Shown here: one piece after another, positions 9,164-16,441 of the stretch | How the letters are laid out: every line of letters starts with the position of its first letter | Numbering within the stretch: position 1 is the stretch's first letter | Assembly: GCA_964615185.1 (NCBI GenBank) | Contig: CAZTOS010000022.1 | Span: 1 to 29,943 of the forward strand | Source of the DNA: an uncultured Thermococci archaeon | Lineage (GTDB): Archaea > Methanobacteriota_B > Thermococci > Thermococcales > Thermococcaceae | Direction of reading: 5' to 3' | Length of the DNA stretch: 29,943 nt | Notes under the pieces: model-generated | Told to the model about the DNA's origin: nothing | Databases searched by the model: none | The model's input: the letters and a program-made list of their open reading frames with translations, nothing else | Position numbers and translations under genes: made by a program

Positions 9164-9760
9164 TTAGTAGCTTAGAGGTATTTTCATTTTTCTCTGTCTT
9201 AGAAGTCTCATGAATTCGGGAAGAGGTTTCCCTGCAATTTCGGCAGCTTTTGAAAGGCTGATTTTTCCTTTTTTGTATAATGAAATAGCTAAATTCACTC
9301 GTTTTTTGCGGATTTTATCCACTACACGAGATTCTTTGGTCATTTCTGGGAAAGTGAAATATATGTATGCAAGAAGTTCATCTTGGCTTAGGTCATTCAA
9401 GTCCTTCTTGATTTCTGATATCAGCTCAAGCAATTCTGGAGGGGACATTTTGAGCAATTCTTGGAAAAGGAGCTTGCCCTCTCTGGTTAGAGTAATTTCT
9501 TTGTTTTCAGATATCAACCCATAGCTTTTTAGATTCTCAAGTTGAACCTCGATGAGTTCACTATACGGTCCATAATGATGGGGCTCATATTGTGAAAGCT
9601 CACCCAGCCCTTCAATGTTATTTACGATCAGGAACATCTCCTTTTGTAACCAAGTCCTCCCTTTCACTGGCTTGTTATCGATACCCACCAGTAACAATAA
9701 GAGAGCCTGAAATGGATTCAATTCATTTGGAGACAGTACCTTCCTTTTTTTCTCCACCAT
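9164..9760 (-). CDS. Putative antitoxin: SocA/YwgA (Panacea-like) N-terminal domain fused to a UPF0175 HTH
   Basis: N-terminal GRTWLQKEMFLI...YEPHHYGPYSELI; C-terminal AISLYKKGKISLSKAAEIAG...EFMRLL. It lies directly upstream of the PIN gene. ATG at 9760 is preferred over 9769. Confidence 0.72.
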   Translation of the reverse strand: MVEKKRKVLSPNELNPFQALLLLLVGIDNKPVKGRTWLQKEMFLIVNNIEGLGELSQYEPHHYGPYSELIEVQLENLKSYGLISENKEITLTREGKLLFQELLKMSPPELLELISEIKKDLNDLSQDELLAYIYFTFPEMTKESRVVDKIRKKRVNLAISLYKKGKISLSKAAEIAGKPLPEFMRLLRQRKMKIPLSY

Positions 9761-9769
9761 TCTTCTCAC

Positions 9770-9801
9770 AAAACTTTATATGTTGGTACTATTTATAAAT
9801 A
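9770..9801. promoter_or_regulatory. Overlapping divergent TATA boxes
   Basis: AAAACTTTATATG about 25 nt before ATG 9805 (+), and palindromic TATTTATAAATA (9790-9801) about 30 nt before ATG 9760 (-). Confidence 0.55.
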
Positions 9802-9804
9802 CCT

Positions 9805-10983
9805 ATGGTGGACACTGTGGTAAAGGTGAAGATCATTTCTGTGGATGATGACACTTATTATGCTCACAAAAAGGTGAGAATTAGCAGTTCAAGAAGTTTT
9901 GAAACTCCAATAAAGGCAATTAGTCCTCAAAATCTTAGAAATGATGTTAGTCTCATGCATAATGAATTTGTGGATGAGATTTACATAGCTTTTACAAAAG
10001 AGCGTCTTGAAAATCTAATGAATCGAGGCTACGGTTCACTTACAAAAAATCTTAGAGAGCAGATTTCAAAACTTGATAATATTGACGACAAAGCAAATAT
10101 CTTGATACCAGCCTTACGTACTTCGAATGTTTCTAAAAAGGAACTTGAATTTTTAGCAGATATACAATCGTTTCCTATCTTTGATTTCTATGTTGTCCCA
10201 CTTGTAGAAAAAACAAAAAAGATGCAAATTACAGCGGAGCAGTATAAGGCTATTGTTGCCAACTTTATTGAAATCCTACAAACCCGCAATCATAAGGAAA
10301 TTATGGGAACATTGCCCCTTGGCTTTTCATACAATGAAATTCAAGACTTGCTGAATCTTTATCTTGACTTGGGAATAACTGCATTTTGTTTTGATTTTGA
10401 GGGCAAGGTTGCATTTTCAGTCTTTCCCACTCTTTCCATGGCTCAAGCCACACTTAGAAAAGAGGGGATTGACCCGTTCATACATGCTACTAATGTGAAT
10501 ATAGGCAAACCAAGCAAGAAAAGCAATGTAATTATAGCAAAGGATGTTTTGGCTTTTGGATTTGGAGTTGACTCCTTAGGAGATGACCATAAGCCTAAAG
10601 GAGGATCAAAAGAGGGAGAAACTCAAAAAACAAAAACTGACGAAAATCTGAGAATATTCAATAAGGAGGGATATTCTTACCATAGAGTATCCCCCACAGA
10701 TGTAGACCAAGTATATCCAGCTGATACAAAAATCCCCAAAGAATACTTGATAGAAGGTCGAAAAACGAAAAAACGGCAAGCTCAAAAAACCCTCAATTAT
10801 GAACAATTAGGGTTAGAAACGCTTAGAATAAGAGAGAAAATTGATGAACATGAAATTATACCGTATGTCTCCAGAAAACAGTACATCCGACAAGCTCCAA
10901 ACTTGATAGGAACTCTTCTTTCTGTTAGACATGTACAACTCGATGTCCCCTCATTCTTGAAGAATGTCAAGATTAGAAAATGA
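9805..10983 (+). CDS. Uncharacterised 392-aa alpha/beta protein; putative divergent tRNA-guanine transglycosylase (TGT/DpdA)-like TIM barrel
   Basis: N-terminal beta hairpin ending FETPIKAI (compare TGT ETPxFMP), IMGTLPLG, and IHATNV...[11 protein letters not shown] (compare HLLG...LGVDxFD). It lacks the DSGG and CxCxxC motifs. The ORF is certain; the fold is inferred. Confidence 0.5.
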   Translation: MVDTVVKVKIISVDDDTYYAHKKVRISSSRSFETPIKAISPQNLRNDVSLMHNEFVDEIYIAFTKERLENLMNRGYGSLTKNLREQISKLDNIDDKANILIPALRTSNVSKKELEFLADIQSFPIFDFYVVPLVEKTKKMQITAEQYKAIVANFIEILQTRNHKEIMGTLPLGFSYNEIQDLLNLYLDLGITAFCFDFEGKVAFSVFPTLSMAQATLRKEGIDPFIHATNVNIGKPSKKSNVIIAKDVLAFGFGVDSLGDDHKPKGGSKEGETQKTKTDENLRIFNKEGYSYHRVSPTDVDQVYPADTKIPKEYLIEGRKTKKRQAQKTLNYEQLGLETLRIREKIDEHEIIPYVSRKQYIRQAPNLIGTLLSVRHVQLDVPSFLKNVKIRK

Positions 10984-10997
10984 AGGGAGGATGTAAA

Positions 10998-13760
10998 ATG
11001 GAAGACAAACGCCTTATTGAGGTTACTTTTCCGGTAAAAGAAGTTAGTGAAGAATCTGCAAGGGAAAAGAACATCCGTCATGGTCATATTTCTACGCTCC
11101 ATATTTGGTGGGCAAGACGACCTTTAGCATCATCAAGAACGACCAACTATGCCGCATTAGTCCCAGCCCCGAAAGATATTGAAGAACTTGAAAACAAGAG
11201 ACAATTTGTTGCTGAGCTCTCAAAATGGGAAAACTCTCTCAATGAGATAATTATTGAGAAGGCAAGGAGAGATATTTTAGAGGCATTCAAAGGAAGACGA
11301 CCAAGAATACTTGATCCATTTGCTGGTGGAGGGGCAATACCTTTAGAAGCCCTCCGTTTAGGTTGTGAGACCTATGCCTCCGACTATAATCCAGTTGCCG
11401 TGTTGATTCTCAAAGCTGTTTTGGAGTACCCTCAGAAATATGGAAGGAAAAAGAGAAGCAGAGGAGCTCTTGATCAATGGGTTTCACCTAAGGAACGGGA
11501 TGAAGAAGATAAGTACGATCTCGTTGCAGATGTCAAAAAGTGGGGAGAATGGGTACTTGAGGAAGCAAAGAAGGAACTTGAAAGGTTTTATCCAAAAGAT
11601 GAAAATGGATACATTCCAGTTGGGTATATATGGGCAAGAACAATAAAGTGTCAAAATCCCGCTTGTGGTGCTGAAATTCCACTGATGAGGCAGTTTTGGC
11701 TTGCAAAGAAGGACAAGAAGAAGGTAGCTCTTTACCCATATGTTGAAGGAAAAGATGTGAAGTTCAAGATAGTTGGCGATGGTTATGAGCCGATGCCAAA
11801 AGGGTTTGATCCATCAAAAGGTACAGTCAAAGGGGCTAAAGTAACTTGCCCAGTGTGTGGAATGACTCACGATGCGAACACTACAAGAAAGCTTTTCCGT
11901 GAGGGCAAAGCTGGTCAGAGGATGGTTGCTGTTGTTTTGTATCATCCAGAGAAGAGGGGAAAGGTGTACCGTTTGCCGACTGAAAAGGATATTCAAGCAT
12001 ACGAGGAGGCTAAAAGGTACCTTGAAGAGAAGAGGGCTAAGCTGATGGAAGAATGGGGTATTGATCCAGTGCCTGATGAGCCAACCCCAGAAGGGAGAGG
12101 TAGAGGTGCGGAGAGAGCGTTCTCGGTGAGGAACTATGATTTGAACACTTGGGGAGATTTATTCAATGATAGGCAAAAGCTTGCATTGATAACCTTTGTC
12201 GAGAAAGTTAGGAAAGCTTACGAGAAGATGCTTGAAGAAGGTTATGATAAAGAATACGCAAAGGCGATTGTGACGTATTTAGCTCTAATTATTGATATGG
12301 TAAGTGCTTTTACTAATGTCCTTGCAAGATGGGATAATACCTCAGAAGCTATAAAACAGCTATATTCTCGTCAAGTACTCCCAATAATGTGGGATTATCC
12401 TGAAGCTAATCCATTTAGTGGTTCTACGGGTAGTGTTATAACTGGGTTATCCTACTACCTTCAAGTTGTAGAACATTGTTCAATGACTTCAGAAATTCCA
12501 GCAGTAGTCTTACAAGCCTCAGCAACCTCACTCCCATTTCCAGATAACTATTTTGATGCTGTTTTTACTGATCCCCCCTACTATGATAATGTTCCCTATT
12601 CATACCTCAGCGATTTCTTCTATGTCTGGTTGAAACGTACAATTGGTGATTTATATCCAGAGTTGTTTGTAACTCCACTTACACCAAAGAGCAAGGAGCT
12701 TGTTGCTTACACCACTGATAAAGACTGGGAAGCTGCAAAGAGGTACTTTGAGGAGGGAATGAAAAAAGCTCTCCAAGAAATTTACCGCGTTCTCAAGCCA
12801 AACGGTATCCTTGTGCTTGTCTATGCTCATAAGACCACTGAGGGATGGGAAACGCTCATAAATTCTCTTCTCGATTCTGGACTTGTTCCAACGGCATCTT
12901 GGCCAATTCATACAGAGATGAAAAATAGGCTTAGAGCTAAAGAATCTGCCGCTCTTGCTTCGTCAATCTATATCGTCGCAAGAAAAATCAAAAAGCATGG
13001 AATTGGCTGGTTCGATGAGGTAAAGCGTGAGATGAAGAAAAAGCTCGAAGAAAAGCTTGATACTCTGTGGAAAGAGGGTATAAGTGGTCCCGACTTCTTC
13101 ATCTCAGCCATAGGCTCAGCCATTGAGGTTTTTGGAAAGTATGAGAAGGTACTTGACTATGAGGGCAACGAGATAAGAGGCGATAGACTGCTACAGCTTG
13201 TGAGGGACATAGTCAGCGACTATGCAATAAGGCAGGTACTCCATGAGGACATATCTTCTGAGCTTTCTCCACTAACTAAGTTCTATGTGCTCTGGCGCTG
13301 GACATACGGTGAAGCTAAAGCTCATTTTGATGAGGCAAGAAAGTTGGCAACGAGCGTTGGGCTTGATCTTGAAAAGGAGTGGAATAGGAGCTTTATCAAA
13401 AAGGAGAAGGAGTATATCTATGTCCTTGGACCGCATGAAAGGAAACTCAAGGAGATAAAGGGCAATGACCTAATTGATGTTCTTCACAAAGCTTTGTTGC
13501 TGTGGCAAGCTAACAAGAGAAGAGAAATGGTTGGGCTTTTGGTGGAGACGGGCTGGGGAGAGAAGGATGTTTTCTATAAGGTTGCACAGGCTATCAGCGA
13601 AGTTCTACCAAATGACAGTAAAGAGAAGAAGCTTCTTGAGGGTTTCCTTGCTGGTAAGAGCAATATATTGAGGGCTATTGAGAATGGGGATTACTCGATG
13701 TTTGTTGATAATGGTGAGCGGAAGAAGCAGGTAACTTTGGAAGAGTTTATTGAGAGGTAG
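10998..13760 (+). CDS. DUF1156-domain amino-methyltransferase (N6A/N4C) with Zn ribbon (COG1743; HmaB-like)
   Basis: N-terminal [13 protein letters not shown]-binding DPFAGGG, CQNPAC and CPVC Zn pairs, catalytic TDPPY. GGAGG RBS precedes ATG 10998. Confidence 0.92.
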   Translation: MEDKRLIEVTFPVKEVSEESAREKNIRHGHISTLHIWWARRPLASSRTTNYAALVPAPKDIEELENKRQFVAELSKWENSLNEIIIEKARRDILEAFKGRRPRILDPFAGGGAIPLEALRLGCETYASDYNPVAVLILKAVLEYPQKYGRKKRSRGALDQWVSPKERDEEDKYDLVADVKKWGEWVLEEAKKELERFYPKDENGYIPVGYIWARTIKCQNPACGAEIPLMRQFWLAKKDKKKVALYPYVEGKDVKFKIVGDGYEPMPKGFDPSKGTVKGAKVTCPVCGMTHDANTTRKLFREGKAGQRMVAVVLYHPEKRGKVYRLPTEKDIQAYEEAKRYLEEKRAKLMEEWGIDPVPDEPTPEGRGRGAERAFSVRNYDLNTWGDLFNDRQKLALITFVEKVRKAYEKMLEEGYDKEYAKAIVTYLALIIDMVSAFTNVLARWDNTSEAIKQLYSRQVLPIMWDYPEANPFSGSTGSVITGLSYYLQVVEHCSMTSEIPAVVLQASATSLPFPDNYFDAVFTDPPYYDNVPYSYLSDFFYVWLKRTIGDLYPELFVTPLTPKSKELVAYTTDKDWEAAKRYFEEGMKKALQEIYRVLKPNGILVLVYAHKTTEGWETLINSLLDSGLVPTASWPIHTEMKNRLRAKESAALASSIYIVARKIKKHGIGWFDEVKREMKKKLEEKLDTLWKEGISGPDFFISAIGSAIEVFGKYEKVLDYEGNEIRGDRLLQLVRDIVSDYAIRQVLHEDISSELSPLTKFYVLWRWTYGEAKAHFDEARKLATSVGLDLEKEWNRSFIKKEKEYIYVLGPHERKLKEIKGNDLIDVLHKALLLWQANKRREMVGLLVETGWGEKDVFYKVAQAISEVLPNDSKEKKLLEGFLAGKSNILRAIENGDYSMFVDNGERKKQVTLEEFIER

Positions 13761-14459
13761 TGTCTTTTTGTTCTTTTTCTATAATTTCTGGAAGATACAC
13801 TACTTGGAGTCTTGCTTGTGGGAATTCTTCTTTGAGACTGGTAAGTAGCTGGTTTGCTGTTGTTGAGAAGTTTTTGTCTATTGTGTAGAGAGTGCATTCT
13901 TCTTCTGACTTTATGGAAAAAATAAATGCTTGACTAAATATCTGAGCATCGTGATCATCCTTGAATTTTCCTCTTACACGATTGTATATCTCGATTGCAG
14001 TTTCTAATTCGTTATCACTTAGATTTATTACATTTGTTCTTGCACCTAACGAGTCTATTTTTGCTGTCTGTTCGATTATGAAGTCATTCATCTCTTTTAT
14101 TAGTTTGAAACGATTCTTTCTTAGAAGAAGCCTTTTTCTTCAGCAATTTGAATAATGTACTTGCAGAAATTTAGTATCTTAGGCTCGGTTTTTTCACATA
14201 TTTCAACTGTGAGCTTTTTGATGGTCTCTATTTCTTCATATTCGTCGGTAATTTGTAGTTTGTTGGCTTTGCTAATTGCTTTTTTGAGTTTTGTTAGGGC
14301 GCTGAAGGATTTTTCGTAGAAACTTTGCCTGAGTTCATGGTACACTGATTCCATAATATCCATTCTATGTTCTGCAAAGAATTTCTCAACAAGCTCGTGA
14401 TGAGGGTCTGTTTTCAGAATGCTGGCTATGAGGATGTTTGTGTCGACGAAGTTGGGCAT
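13747..14459 (-). pseudogene. PIN-domain nuclease (~235 aa) split by a frameshift near 14120-14140
   Basis: The 5' ORF (14121-14459) has FVDTNILIA and SVYHEL. The 3' ORF (13747-14091) has DDHDAQI and LYTIDKNF. The second frame is open back across the first ORF's stop, so adding one base joins them. Confidence 0.8.
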
Positions 14460-15184
14460 TCTTCACCCACCAATTTGAGAATTTCCTCCAATTCTTCGGG
14501 GCTTGCTGTTTTTTCGAGTTTAGGTGCCATCTCGACTATATCCTTCTTGAGGAGTTTTATGTGCTCTTCTCTTCCATTTAGAATAGCCAGTATCCTAAGG
14601 TTGAGCATCAGAATGTACAAGGAGAGTTCAACATCCTCCCAGTTTTCCAGCATTTTTTGGTACAGCTTTATGAGGAGAGAAATCCCTTGATCCAATGCAA
14701 GGTACTTTTCAAAATCTTCATCGGGGATATCATCATCGGATGCAATTTCGAGGATACTGTCTCTCATAGAGTTCAGTATACCTATCTGTCTTCTTATATC
14801 AGTCTTTAGGGAAGCTTTCAGTTCGTTTTTATTTATGATTTTGACTAATTCGTTTATCTCTTTCATTACATCTTTGAGTTCTTCATTGAATATTTTGAGT
14901 ATCTCTCCTTGGGCTTTTAGATAGTACATTCTATTAGCTTCTTTTGGCAAAACCTCAATTACTCGATTTAGAATCCTTCCTCTTTTTTCTTCTAATATTT
15001 GTTTTAGTCTCAAAAGTGCTCGAAATCTGTGGGTTTGATGTTTTTTCCTTACGTAGGGAATTGCTGAAAAAGAGGGGTGCACAGCATCTAATATTCCCAT
15101 AAGTAGGTCATCAGAATATTTTTCCACCAAAATATCAGGGAGAATCCATGATGTTTGTGCTGTTGCTGTTGTTCCCATGTTCAT
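14426..15184 (-). CDS. Uncharacterised all-helical protein, upstream partner (putative antitoxin) of the PIN gene
   Basis: Amphipathic Leu/Ile/Glu/Lys-rich helices. It overlaps the PIN start by 34 nt, with a GGTGA RBS before ATG 14459. TTTATAA about 27 nt upstream favours a start near 15184 rather than 15256. Confidence 0.7.
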   Translation of the reverse strand: MNMGTTATAQTSWILPDILVEKYSDDLLMGILDAVHPSFSAIPYVRKKHQTHRFRALLRLKQILEEKRGRILNRVIEVLPKEANRMYYLKAQGEILKIFNEELKDVMKEINELVKIINKNELKASLKTDIRRQIGILNSMRDSILEIASDDDIPDEDFEKYLALDQGISLLIKLYQKMLENWEDVELSLYILMLNLRILAILNGREEHIKLLKKDIVEMAPKLEKTASPEELEEILKLVGEECPTSSTQTSS

Positions 15185-15334
15185 CACTATCTGTTCTTGT
15201 GAATATGAACTTATAAATTTTACATATTGTGTAGTATGTAGTTTGTACTTGCACATCTGTATACTACGGTTTATATTGTATTCCTAAATAAAAGCTAAAT
15301 AAAAAGTTTTTATACTTCTGCTTGTTTTCATGTT

Positions 15335-16387
15335 TTGGTGGGACTTGTGAAAAGGGCAGCTTCGCTAGTTATGATGTTTTTGATAATTGGTGCTGTTATT
15401 ATGGGTGGATGTCTCCAGAAAGACAGTGTTGTTGTAGTTACTAAGACTTCTATGGAATCTTCATTTTCACGTAACAACATGAATACTAAGGAGAAATCTT
15501 CCAAAGATACGAATCTTGCAGGGCAAATTAGTGCAAGTAAGCCCAATATAACTTCCATAGACCTAAATCTAACTTCCCAACAGGAGTTGAGTTTGGGAGA
15601 GGAAATAAGAAAATTCACTCAGAGTTTGAATGAGAGCGTGAGAAAATACGGGTATGATAATCTTACGATAATCTTGGCAAGTAATATCTCGTCTCTCCCA
15701 AAGCTTCCTGAATGTGGTGAGATAGCCAGAATGGGAGAGAACCTTACTCAATATCAGGAAAGTGTTTCTAAGCTGAATGCTCTCCTGCATGAGTATAAAA
15801 ATCTTGGAGAGGGAATTTTAGAAGAGTATGGGATCTACGTACCGTATCTAAAGGATCGTGAGATAGACCAGTTTGTGAATACTTTAGACCCTAAAAGCAT
15901 GAGTGTGACCTGCAATCTAATCGAAGATTATAATGCGCTGATTGATGCAGCAAATCAAGTAGAACCTGAAAATAGGGAAACATACACTGAATTTTATCTT
16001 CGTTTGCTCATTGTAGGACTTGAAATAATTTTCTTCAAGGAAAACTTGGCTTATAAATTAGCATACACCTTTGTTGGAAAGTTCTTCTGGAAAACTGGAC
16101 TGTTTCATATTATCTACCGTTATGGCGGCAGTACTGCACTGAAAGTAGCTATGAGCGTTGCACATTGGGAAACGCGCGGTAGAATAAACAAGTATATTGA
16201 TGAATTTGGTGATGATCCACATAAAATTTCCTCATTGATATCAAACGTTAGCAATAGTACGTGGATTGAGGAACATACTGAATCACTCTTGGATTCACTT
16301 AAAAATGGCACAGAAAAAGTGAAAAACGTAACTTCTGGTATTTTCGATAAAATTAGCGATTTCTTTGGATCAAAGGATAATGGATGA
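15335..16387 (+). CDS. Predicted lipoprotein of unknown function
   Basis: KR plus hydrophobic stretch plus IMGGC lipobox, a Ser/Thr/Asn-rich linker, a helical body and a second hydrophobic region. The exact start is uncertain (15335-15347). Confidence 0.75.
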   Translation: MVGLVKRAASLVMMFLIIGAVIMGGCLQKDSVVVVTKTSMESSFSRNNMNTKEKSSKDTNLAGQISASKPNITSIDLNLTSQQELSLGEEIRKFTQSLNESVRKYGYDNLTIILASNISSLPKLPECGEIARMGENLTQYQESVSKLNALLHEYKNLGEGILEEYGIYVPYLKDREIDQFVNTLDPKSMSVTCNLIEDYNALIDAANQVEPENRETYTEFYLRLLIVGLEIIFFKENLAYKLAYTFVGKFFWKTGLFHIIYRYGGSTALKVAMSVAHWETRGRINKYIDEFGDDPHKISSLISNVSNSTWIEEHTESLLDSLKNGTEKVKNVTSGIFDKISDFFGSKDNG

Positions 16388-16441
16388 GGTATACCAAAAA
16401 GCAAAAATACTCTGGAGTACAAGGATGTAAAGGTGATGCTA

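Noticed and set aside
9805..13760. Complete Dpd (7-deazaguanine) system or QueC/TGT-type CBASS
   Set aside because: No dpdB/C, queC/D/E, folE or cyclase genes are in the window, and the TGT-like protein lacks canonical motifs.
14120..14142. Canonical programmed -1 frameshift in the PIN gene
   Set aside because: There is no X XXY YYZ heptamer in frame and no evident downstream structure, so simple mutation or error is more parsimonious.
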